A stretch of DNA of 63,793 bases, filler included, from Octopus bimaculoides (taxonomy: Eukaryota): the NCBI RefSeq assembly GCF_001194135.2. It is 4 parts of 3 records of this genome, joined end to end, with 100 filler letters (N's around TTAATTAATTAA, not from the genome) between each part and the next. Parts side by side here need not be neighbours in the genome. Positions count along the whole stretch, not along the records: positions 29,947 to 45,278 come from NC_068985.1; positions 45,379 to 55,765 come from NC_069005.1; 2 more parts are not named here. One strand, 5' to 3'. Below are positions 37,410-48,688 of this stretch, in pieces. Each line of letters starts with the position of its first letter. Within the stretch, counting starts at the first letter, position 1. The translations under genes and the position numbers were made by a program. The notes under the pieces are model-generated. The model saw only the letters and a program-made list of their open reading frames with translations, had not been told where the DNA came from and made no database searches.

Positions 37410-37590
37410 CATTTGATATGGCTTTTTAAACCAATGTATTGAAAATACACCCACATAGATTGCATATCTGATTTGGATCACCGAGTGCTACAGTTAAGTT
37501 CTGAAATTTATGAATCTTAACATGTCTTTTGAGGCCTCCATTAGATTTACAGACCTTATGGCATACATGGCATTGAAAGGTGTGCACAGA
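37410..37590 (-). pseudogene. Relic with two C2H2 zinc-finger motifs, probably a LINE (RTE-type) C-terminus
   Basis: CHVCHKVCKSNGGLKRHVKIH ... CNLCGCIFNTL/GLKSHIKC, with a frameshift in the second finger. Confidence 0.5.
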
Positions 37591-37608
37591 TATACAGGCA
37601 GAATAGTT

Positions 37609-37670
<62 letters not shown>

Positions 37671-38514
37671 TACATACTTAAATGCATATATGCATACACA
37701 CACACACACATGCACTAGCACACATACATACATAATGTGTGTGTGTGTATTAGGTATATATGTATGTATGTATGTATCACACGTGTGGTTTTGTCTAACT
37801 CATGCTAGCATAAAAAATGACTGTTCAAACGATGATGATGATTCAAAATAATGAATATTTTTTAATGTTTTTTTAAATTTTATAAAACATAAAGCGATAT
37901 AATGTAGAGATACTTATTAAATCAACCAATAATTTTGATGTACAAAGATAAGTAATTTAAAACTTTCAACAACCTATATTAATTACACAGTCATTTTAAT
38001 GAATGTTATAGAATTTCTTCCAGAAAGGCATATTAGTTAAATATCTCAATTTAAAGTTGGTAGTTCTAGGTGGCAGTCACTGTAAAATTAAAGACTAAAA
38101 CCCTTTAATGAGACATGCAGGAGGTGCAGTCTTACAACTTGACCTGGTAAAAAAAAATCATATTCATATTTGGAGAAGGATACTTAACGATAACCAGAAG
38201 TAGTCACTTGATACCAGTGAACATGATCTTCAGAAGCTAGACATCTGAAAATTTCCGTGTATGAGTGAGTTTCTGATTGGTTGAAATTTGCTAAGTGAAT
38301 AGTGGGAGCCAACTCAGTACTGTCGTCAGACACTTCACCATGTGATGTTTTCAATAGATGGAGCTGTGGTCACAGGTTGGCTGTGGGCACTGACACAACT
38401 GAATACAAGGATAAAATTCTCTTGTTCATTTGCTAATCTGTTGCCATTCACAACAATATGTGTTTTCATTTCTACTCCATATATACATATACATACATTC
38501 ATACATACATAATC

Positions 38515-40720
38515 ATCATCATCATTTAACATCCGCTTTCCATGCTAGCATGGGTTGGACGATTTGACTGGAAACTGGCGAACCAGACTCCAATCTGAAC
38601 TGGCAGAGTTTCTATAGCTGGATTCCCTTCCTAACGCCAGCCACTCCAAGAGTGTAGTGGGTGCTTTTTACATGCTACCAGCACAAGGGCCAGTCCAGCG
38701 GTACTGGCAATGGCCACACTCAAATGGTGCTTTTAACGTGCCACCTGAACAGGAGTCAGTCCAATGTTTTGTTCACATGCCACTGGCACAAGTGCCAGTA
38801 AAGCGAAGCTGGAAACGATTGCGCTCAAATGGTGCTTTTTATGTGCCACCGACACAGAAGTGACACCGCTGCTGTGGTAGTGATCCCGCTTGGTTGGTGT
38901 TGTTAGCGCTCCACTGGAACAGGTGCCAGTCATCGAATTTGGTTCAGTTTCGATCTCACATGCCCCAACAGGTGTTTGCAAGTTGAGTTTAGTGTCCAAT
39001 AAAGGAAGGTTGTCACCGAATTTGGTTCAATTTCAATTTCGATTTCACTTGCCTCAACAGGTCTTCACAAGCAGGGCTTTGTGTCCAAAGAAGAAAAGGT
39101 ACACATAAGTGGGCTGGCTACATCCCTGGTAAAGGCCATGGGTTATACTCTCACTTGTCTTGCCGGGTCTTCTCATGCACAGCATATTTCCAAAGGTCTT
39201 GGTCACTAGTCATTACCTCGGTGAAGCCTAATGTTCGAAGGTCGTGCTTCACCACCTCATCCCAGGTCTTCCTGGGTCTACCTCTTCTACAGGTACCCTC
39301 AACCGCTAGGCTGTGGCACTTTTTCACATAGCTATCCTCATCCATTCTTGCCACATGACCATACCAGCACAATCATTTCTCTTGCACACCACAACTAATG
39401 CTTCTTAGGTTCAACTTTGCCCAGGCTATTCTTATTCTAGCAGCTACACTTTCAGCGCACCCTCTCCCGCTACTAACTTGGTCACCCAGATAATGGAAGC
39501 TATCAACTACGTTTAGTTTTTCTCCCTGGAATGTGGCAGAAGTTGTTCTCTGCACATTTTCAGTGTTTATTGCTCCTGTGCATCTGCCACATACAAAAAC
39601 TATCTTGCTAGTTAGCCTTCCTTTGATATTGCTGCACCTCTTATGTGTTCATAGCTTACACTGGGTACATCTTATAGAGTTTCTACCTACGCCTTTNNNN
39701 NNNNNNNNNNNNNNNNNNNNNNNNNNNNNNNNNNNNNNNNNNNNNNNNNNNNNNNNNNNNNNNNNNNNNNNNNNNNNNNNNNNNNNNNNNNNNNNNNNNN
39801 NNNNNNNNNNNNNNNNNNNNNNNNNNNNNNNNNNNNNNNNNNNNNNNNNNNNNNNNNNNNNNNNNNNNNNNNNNNNNNNNNNNNNNNNNNNNNNNNNNNN
39901 NNNNNNNNNNNNNNNNNNNNNNNNNNNNNNNNNNNNNNNNNNNNNNNNNNNNNNNNNNNNNNNNNNNNNNNNNNNNNNNNNNNNNNNNNNNNNNNNNNNN
40001 NNNNNNNNNNNNNNNNNNNNNNNNNNNNNNNNNNNNNNNNNNNNNNNNNNNNNNNNNNNNNNNNNNNNNNNNNNNNNNNNNNNNNNNNNNNNNNNNNNNN
40101 NNNNNNNNNNNNNNNNNNNNNNNNNNNNNNNNNNNNNNNNNNNNNNNNNNNNNNNNNNNNNNNNNNAATGAAAGCCAGGTACAGAAGTTTACCTTTGGCT
40201 AGGTATTTCTCCTGCAGCTGTCTTACCAGAAATATAGCATCAGTGGTGTTTTTCCCTGGCACAAATCCAAATTGCATCTCATCTAAGCTGACTCTCTCCC
40301 TAATTAGTTGGGCTATGACCCTCTCCATGACCTTCATTACCTGATCCAACAACTTAATACCTCTGTAATTATTTGTGTCTAAAGCATCACCTTTACCTTT
40401 GTAGCAGTTGACTATGGTGTTGTTACACCAGTCATTGGGTATGACTCTTTTGTGTATCACCTGGTTAACTATAGAGGTGACTAGGCTATAGCCGACACTG
40501 CCAGATATTTTGAGCATCTCTGCAGTGATTCCTGATGGGCTGGGGGCTTTCCCTGTCTTCATACTCTTGGTTGCTTTATCTACCAAGGTACTGTCAATTA
40601 GAATAGCTGGTCCCTCTGTTGGTTCAACATTCGGCAAACTCTCTTTCTCCGATTCATTCTCTTTATTAAGCAACCTTTCGTAGTGGCGACTCCAAACCTC
40701 TCTATGGCCGTGTAGTAAGG
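38515..40720 (-). mobile_element. RTE-clade (BovB-like) LINE: RT N-terminus, gap, deleted C-terminus, 3'UTR of about 640 bp and (GAT)n tail
   Basis: KTGKAPSPSGITAEMLK...IPNDW...VNCYKGKGDALDTNNYRGIKLL...MQFGFVPGKNTTDAIFLVRQLQEK; WYGHVARM...GRPRKTWDEVV; tail at 38515-38530. Confidence 0.92.
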
Positions 40721-41130
40721 AGCTTGGCTCCAGATTCAGTCCCACTGTGTGTCACTTTGGGCAAGTGTCTTCTACTATAGGACTGACCAAAGCCTTGTGA
40801 GGAGAAACTGAAAGAAGCTCATATATGTATGTATGTATGTTTGTATGTATGTATGTATGCATGCATGCATGCATGCATGCATGAATGCATGTATGTATGT
40901 ATGTATGTATGTATGTATGTATGTATGTGTCTTAGTGTCCATGTTTTCCGCCACACACCACTTGATAACTAGTGTTGGTGTGTTTACATCCCTGTGACTT
41001 AGCAGTTCAGCAAAAGAGACCTATAGAATAGTACTTGGCTTGAAAAATAAGTCCTGGGATCGATTTGCTTGAATAAAATTCTTCAAGGTAGTACTCCAGC
41101 ACAACTGCAGTCAAATGACTGAAACAATAG
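40720..41130 (+). mobile_element. SINE family A copy (CpG-decayed)
   Basis: Family central domain and tail, with CpG changed to TpG/CpA. Confidence 0.8.
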
Positions 41131-41140
41131 AATATATATA

Positions 41141-41995
41141 TAGATTCAGTAGTATATATAATACCATTTGCTAAAATCAGAGGCAAGGCTCCAAAACCTC
41201 TAGAAATTCACAATAAAGATACACACAAGCAATGCAATGAGCATATGAGAAATAGGCTTACCTTTGTGCTGTAAGTAATGTATATTTCAGTAAGTAATGT
41301 ATATTTCAATACTAATTGATTTCATCCTCTGTATGACCAACATACTCTGGAATCTTCAGTTGAAAATAACATTTTAACATTTACTTCTAAAATATTCACT
41401 ACATTAGCTCATGTGCAATGCTTACTTAAAACATTCCACTCCATTTAAAAGACAACTATTGTAATCAAGAATAAATTTAAATAAAGATGTATTATTACCG
41501 TTATTAATGATATTAATAAGGTAATAATAAGGTAGTTAGCAAGTTCACACCATTACAGACACAATATAAGCTAAATTTAGATTCAGTAGGGTATATAATA
41601 CCACTTGCTAAAATCAGAGCCAAGGCTTCAAAACTACCAGAAACTCACAATAAAAATACACACAAGCAATGCAATGAACATTTGAGAAATAGTCTTACCT
41701 TTATTTAAATTTATTCTCGATCATGATAGTTTTCTTTTAAATGGAGAGGGATGTTTAAAGTGAGAAATGCACATGAGCTAATGTAGTGAATGTCTTAGAA
41801 ATAGATGTTAAAATGTTATTTTCAACTGAAGATCCCAGAGAATGTTGGTCATACAGCGGGTGAAATCAATTAGTATTGAAATATACATTACTTACTGATG
41901 TATTCAATGCAATTGCATTGCTCATGTGTATCCTTATTGTGAGTTTCTGGTGATTATGGAGCCTTGACTCTGATTTTAGCAAATGGTATTATATA
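41141..41995. repeat. Complex foldback A-B-spacer-A-B'-A'
   Basis: A 41141-41262 repeated directly at 41578-41700; B 41288-41486 inverted at 41699-41897; A inverted at about 41910-41995. Confidence 0.85.
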
Positions 41996-42009
41996 TGTAT
42001 ATATATATA

Positions 42010-43040
42010 CAGGGTGCGGTGGATATATTATTGTCTAAATTACGCAAAAATGAAAATAACACTGATATCTCATTTCAACAGATATATTTACTACAATTAC
42101 ATAAAAATATGTTGAAATATTAAAGAGTAAATTTATTCAATAAAATTGCCAATGGTTTCAACCACGGCCTTCAGACGACTTCGGAATCTCCTGCAACTCT
42201 TCTGGATGGTCACCTTGTTTACGTTGGTGAAGGCTGCTATAACCCTTGCTTTCAGTTCGTCTTTGGTATTACAAGGAGTTTTATTGGTCTCTCACTTAAC
42301 TGTGCCCCACATATAATAATCAAGGGGATTGCAGTCTGGAGAGTTAGGTGGCCAGATGTTAGGGGTGGTGTGGTTGTAGAAATTGTCTGACAGTCATGGC
42401 TGGGTTCTCCTGCTTGTGTGGCATGGTGCAGAGTCCTGTTGCCAGACACAGGGTCTTCCAGCAGCAACCCTCTTGACCCAGGACAGCACTATCTCCTCCA
42501 GGCACTTGGTGTAGGCCTCTGTGTTGAGTCTGAGGCTATGTGAGAAGATGAATGGAGACATAACGTCACCATCACTAATGATCACTCCAAGCACCATCAT
42601 GATGACTGGATGTTTGATTTTTATCATTCTCAGAACATGTTTTGGGGACATGGCAAGCCAACGGTTGTTCTGTGTGTTCACCATCTGATCCTGGCAGAAA
42701 TTTTTCTTGTCTCAGAAAAACCAAAGCATGTTTGGTTGGAGGGGATACTGGAGTTTGTTCAAAAGCTTCATAGCACGGCATTTCCTCTTGTCCTTGATGG
42801 CTTGGGCTAAAAATTGGCCCTTTCTCATCTTGTATGATGAATACCAAATGTCTTCATGCCCTACTTACCTGATAAGAAACTCAGACACTCTCATGTCCCT
42901 GGAAATGGACCTGATTGACTTGTTAGGCTTGTGTTTCAAATGACTTAGGCTCAAGTCGAGTGGCTTTCAGTATTATTTTTAGTTGGTCCTTGTATCTGCA
43001 AAGAGAGCAATCCCATAGTCTTTTTCCTTGAAGTGAGTTT
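42010..43040 (-). mobile_element. maT-type (DD37D) Tc1/mariner transposase relic, one end preserved
   Basis: TA|cagggtgc terminus at 42010; QQD followed by 37 codons (one a stop) to the D of SPDCNPLD; ends ...AVVETIGNFIE*. Confidence 0.85.
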
Positions 43041-43049
43041 GCTGAATAA

Positions 43050-43099
<50 letters not shown>

Positions 43100-43205
43100 A
43101 ATTCACATTACGATGAACGTAAACAAACAAACAAAGTTTGCTTTAGAAGCTTTGAGATGTCTTAGAAAGTTAAAGAAGTGATTTTAAATTCTCAAACGCG
43201 GGATA

Positions 43206-43340
43206 ATGCTAATAATATAGCCTGAACAGGATAAGCTATCCCTATTTTGCAGAAAAAAGTGTTGGCGGCTTAGCCAGTCGGCAACACTTTTTTCTGCAAA
43301 ATAGGGGTAGCTTATTCTGTTCAGGCTATATTATTAGCAT
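43206..43340. repeat. Near-perfect 59-bp inverted repeat with 17-nt loop
   Basis: 43206-43264 versus 43282-43340; two mismatches. Confidence 0.95.
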
Positions 43341-43639
43341 GTGTGTGTGTGTGTGTATATGTATGTATGTATGTGTGTGCATGTGTACATACGTACATAT
43401 GTTCGGTTGTCCATTCATTCTCATTCATTCATTCATTCATTGAATAGTGTCAGTGCCAAGAGTGATTAGGCATAAGCCAGCTTTAGGTTAGCAAAAGTAT
43501 GTTTGTGACATATTGCAACTTCTAAAGGCAAATTCATGGCAGTGAATTTTTCTTCTAGATAACTGCAGTAAATTTTCCTTTAGAGTGTTGAAATATGCCA
43601 CAAACGTATTTTAACTAACCTAAAGTTCGCACATATATA

Positions 43640-43689
<50 letters not shown>

Positions 43690-43714
43690 GGAGATGATAG
43701 TGTACGTACGCCAC

Positions 43715-44098
43715 TATATATTTTTATATATAAAAAATACAAAAATGGGATGAGAATGCAAAACATCCAGACAGACGATACAAAGAAAACAAGGATGGGT
43801 CATTCGGAGTTTTCTATCCTCAATCGAGTTCCAGATTATCTTTGCAACTTCGGCTGGTTATACTCAAGATTGTTCCAATCTGGCCAGCCCCAAGGGGAGC
43901 AATCTCGAATATAACCAGCCAAAATTACAAAGATAATCTGGAACTTGACTGAGGATAGAAAACTTTGAATGAACAGTCCTTGATTTCTTTGTATCGTCTG
44001 TCTGGAAGTTTTTTTGTTGACCCTTTTTTATATCACCTAACTGTCTGGATGCTTTGCGTTCTTGTCCCATTTTTGCATTTTTTATATATAAAAATATA
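43715..44098. mobile_element. Fully palindromic MITE-like element of about 380 bp
   Basis: The left arm mirrors the right arm around about 43890; the right arm has an extra segment of about 50 bp. Confidence 0.85.
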
Positions 44099-44319
44099 CA
44101 TAATAAATAAGACAAAGTATAAATAATCATCATTAGATATTTATCTTTATTGTAGTAAATTTGGCTTACAGCTGTTTCCAGTAATCATTATAGTTTTGTT
44201 ATTGATGGATTTACTCAACTGGCTCATTGGTCAGTTAAGAAAAATTGAACAACCTAAAAAATTCATGCTTCTTTCATCATATAATATATATATACTGATA
44301 TTCAACCACATATGCACAC

Positions 44320-44368
<49 letters not shown>

Positions 44369-45019
44369 GTCTGTTTGTCACGTTTTTCTTTGTTTGTATC
44401 CTTCCGTCTCTTATCTAAGGTGCGTCTTCTCATAAAATTCTTTTCATATTTCATGTATCATTTGTCACAAATTTTCCTAATTTAATATTTACATTTGCAT
44501 GAGGTCAGGGCCATAACCACCAAATGCAATTGACATAATTTTTCTAATGCCTGTTTAATTTATCTTCACAATTTTTCATATCTGTTAAACATTGTAACTA
44601 ACTTCTGTTACTACAAGATAAGTTTGAAGCACGGTGAATTACAGGAATCTAATATATCAATAATGTTTTCTTTATAAATTATGGAGTGGTCTAGAACATA
44701 TACACCTTAATGACAGTATACACACATGAAATGTTAGCATGTTATTTTCTGATTTATTATAATATAATATTTGGACGTATCCTACACTGGAGTTTTATCA
44801 AATTCTATGCAGATCATAAAAATTGTGAACTCTTAATGTTCAAGAGTATTCTGCTTGGGTTATTTGTTAATTAACTGTTGCTAATTGTTGCTTTAAATCT
44901 ATTAAATGAACAAGTGCATTTATGATAAACTAGTTCACAGAAGTGAATTTTGAATAGAATGTTACAATAAGTTGTATGATTTTAAGTTTATTGTTGAAAT
45001 ATTTTTTAAATGTACTTAC

Positions 45020-45094
45020 TCTGTCAGATTCTCCAGAAAATGTCAGCTCAATTAGTGAAGAAATGAATACGTTCAAAACCAGAGTTTCAAGAAA
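45020..45094 (-). CDS. Candidate orphan internal exon (75 bp, FLETLVLNVFISSLIELTFSGESDR) of an unidentified gene
   Basis: Acceptor ttattattcattccag, donor AGA|gtaagt, length a multiple of 3, only phase 0 open. Protein not recognised. Confidence 0.3.
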
Positions 45095-45225
45095 CTGGAA
45101 TGAATAATAAAGTATTATACAGTTTATGTTCTGAAACAATGGCATCTAGTATTTCCTTCACAAAGTGGCATTGCAAAAAGTGAGTAAGAACATATATATT
45201 TGCGTGTGTGAATATGTATTTATAT

Positions 45226-45278
<53 letters not shown>

Positions 45279-45378
45279 NNNNNNNNNNNNNNNNNNNNNN
45301 NNNNNNNNNNNNNNNNNNNNNNTTAATTAATTAANNNNNNNNNNNNNNNNNNNNNNNNNNNNNNNNNNNNNNNNNNNN

Positions 45379-45414
<36 letters not shown>

Positions 45415-45458
45415 GTCATCTTCTTACATTTGCACGTACATCTACCTGATTACTTTCT

Positions 45459-45580
45459 TCTCTTTGTCTTACAGATGCATGTTTATCTTACCTGTCTGCG
45501 TTTTTCTGTCTACCTGTCTCTTTGTCTTAAAGATGCATGTTTATCTTACCTGTCTGCGTTTTTCTGTCTACCTGTCTCTC
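45459..45580. repeat. 58-bp tandem duplication (2 copies plus a degenerate third)
   Basis: tctctttgtctta(c/a)agatgcatgtttatcttacctgtctgcgtttttctgtctacctg, starting at 45459 and 45517. Confidence 0.9.
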
Positions 45581-45585
45581 TCTCA

Positions 45586-45642
<57 letters not shown>

Positions 45643-46836
45643 GTGTATACGTGTGTCTTTCTTTTCATAATTTTACATTTAGTAGTCAATCTAGTTTCCG
45701 CCTGAAACACACGTGATGATGATGATGACGACGATGATGATGATGATGATGATGATGGAGTTGTAGGTCATGTAACTTAAGCTACTTTTTTCAATTTATT
45801 CCCCCACTCCCTCCTCTTCTCCTATGACATCATCATCGTCACTGCCACCACCACCACCACCACCATTTAGATCTCTACAAGTTCCAGGAATTGTATCAAT
45901 GAAACAAAATTTTCAAGTACATCTTGAATGATTTCATTGATTTTGTCTTTTCTTCCTTTCTTTTTGCATTTCTTTTCCTCTCTCTCTCTCTTTTTTTTTT
46001 TTTTGGTTCTGTTATAACTCTTGGATAGATAGCGCTGTTAGTGATCCTGCACCCCCACCCCACCCACCACCTTTCAGTTAAATGCAGAAAATTTATTATC
46101 TTGTTGTTTAGAACTATAAAATATCTGTGCTAAGGTATTTCAGTTAAAATATGTCACTGCCAACACATTCACCATTAACATTGCAGGTCAACAATAGACA
46201 CACTATGCGGTTGCTTGACTTACTAGAAATAAGTGAAATATTCCTCATTGTTACACCTTTCTACCCGTGTATTCCCTGCCCACTATTTCTGGGAGGGTCG
46301 TTGGAGTAGAGTCCTTGGGCACCCCCTTCATAAGGCTGTATCAGCAGTAACCAACATAACACTTTTTTGCTAGATTCCTAAATGAGACTGACAGAAGCTA
46401 TGATTATTCAACCCTTTTTCATGCTCTGAGCCCTTTTTTGTTATATGCCTATATCACTTCTTCTCTGTTGGTATTTTATAATACTGGTATAGTATCCAGT
46501 GTAATGGTGCATGGTTTAGTGGTTACGATATTTGGTTCACGATCATAAGGGTCGTGAGTTCGATTCCCAGTGGCCTGTTGTGTCCTGGAGCAAAACATTT
46601 TTATTTCACATTGTTCCAGTTCACTCAGCTGGCAAAAATGATTTGTACCTGTAATTCAAAGGGTCAGCCTTGTCATTCTGTGTCACGTTGAATTAAATTG
46701 CGTTTGTTTCAGTTAATTATAAAAGAAAAAAAAAACAAACAAAGAACTTAGTAAAAATAACTTTGTCATTATATAAAGCTTTTGTTTGAAACATAAATTA
46801 ACATGAAATGAATGATTTCAATTCAGATTACTTTAA

Positions 46837-47041
46837 CCTTTTAGTTACCATATTTGTGTTGAAATACACTGCTTTGGTTTCAATTAACTGTAAAAGTAAT
46901 GAAGAATTTGGTAAAACAACTTTGTCATTATTAAGCTGGTGTTTGGAATAGAAATTAACATGAAATTTTGATGATGGTTTTAATTTAGATTACTTCTAGC
47001 TTAGAACCAGGGTAACCTCAGGCTGTTTGGTTTCAAAAGAG
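46837..47041. mobile_element. piggyBac-type MITE (degenerate)
   Basis: TTAA|ccttttagttacca ... tggtttcaaaagag|TTAA; partial copy at about 46690-46830. Confidence 0.6.
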
Positions 47042-47639
47042 TTAATGGCTATAAGGTGTGAGTTGAAGGAGAATTGACAAGATTTAGCAAGCCGGGTTAA
47101 GTGATTGTGTATAGATTCCCTCATCCACTTGTGGACTTTGGCTGTTTTATGCAATAAGTAGACCCAACGGAACTGACCAAAATTATATTCACCCTCCCCT
47201 TCTTGCCTAGTATGCTAATAGTTAAATAGAAAGTTGAAAGGAAGTGTCGATATGAATAAATTTATATCTGTTGTTATAGGTGTAAGATATCTTCATTAAC
47301 TTCCAGCAAATTAATTGCTGATGATTACTGCTCTGTTTAATTGCAGACATTTCATGAAATCAATGTTGACAGAATTCGGTCATTACCAAACCACTCTGTG
47401 AAGCTGCCATTGTATTTAGTTCTGGAAGTGTTTTAGACACTTTCAAAGAAATAATTCATTTAGTGGCACTGTGTGCATAATTGAAGCATCCGTATTCCAG
47501 GTAGGCATCAGGTAAAGTGTAACAGAACATTAACAGCATTGAGTGCAATGGTGTCAGAGTTCCTGACAAGGTTACGGGGACTGCTTCCTTCCTCTAGACC
47601 CAGCAGGTGAAAAATAATAAATTAAAAAAAAAATCTATC

Positions 47640-47990
47640 CTCTATGGCTGTGTAGTTAAGAAGCTTGCTTTGCAACTACATGGTTTTGGGTTCAACTCCA
47701 CTGCACAGCACCTTGGCCAAATAATGCCTTATGAATGAATTTGGTAGATGGAAACTGTGGAAGCCTGTCGTGTGTGTGTGTGTGTGTTTGTCCTCCAGTA
47801 CTGCTTGACAGCCATTGTTAGTTTGTTTACATCCCCATGACTTAGCAGTTTGGCAAAAGAAACTGACAGGATATGTACCATATTTAAGAAAAACTAATAA
47901 GTTCTGGGGTTGGTTTGTTTAGCTAAAACTCTACAAGGTGGTGCCCCAGTATGGCCACAGTCCAATGAGTGAAACAAGTAAAAAACAGAA
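47640..47990 (+). mobile_element. SINE family A copy (CpG-decayed)
   Basis: Head to tail alignable with 18584-18945. Confidence 0.8.
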
Positions 47991-48642
47991 GATGCTTAAG
48001 AATGAAAGAACGATGCTCTGACCTCCCTTGGGGTCTCTTGTTTCACTTTAATAGAAATCACAAAACCATGCCAGTGACTTACTGTTTAGAGTAAAACTTG
48101 CTATTTTTGAATAAAACTTGTCCTAATTAAATGTTTAAATGTCTGAGATGAGTTATCGTTAATACGATTATAATTTTTCGGACAATTAACTTCATCTTTG
48201 GAGTTGGAACTTGTAAAATATTGATTTCTGTCATGGGCATGGAGCCACAAATTTTGGCAGCAGGAGTGTAGGTGTTCATATTGATCTCAATATTTCACAG
48301 TACAAATGTTTAAAATCTCTAAAGAGAAGTTTAATAGTTTAGAAAATTTTTTTAAAGAAGTTATCAGTTTGAAGTCTTCAGACAAACAAAATTATGGTGA
48401 TGGAATGATGGTCTGCAGGGAATCTGACCCAACCGATTTGCCGTTTTTTTTCACTCCATACCTCTTCAGCGCAGGCATGGCTGTGTGGTAAGAAGTTGGC
48501 TTCCTAACAACATGGCTTGGGTTCAGTTCCACAGTCTGGCATCTAGGGTGAGAGTCTTTACTATAATCTTGTGCTGACCAAAGCCTTATGAGTGGATTTG
48601 GTTGGTAGAAACTAAAAGAAGCCTGTTGTGTGCGTTTATGTA

Positions 48643-48688
<46 letters not shown>

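Noticed and set aside
47345-47610. Unique-looking segment with splice-like sites on both strands
   Set aside because: Stops in all frames; no recognisable protein.
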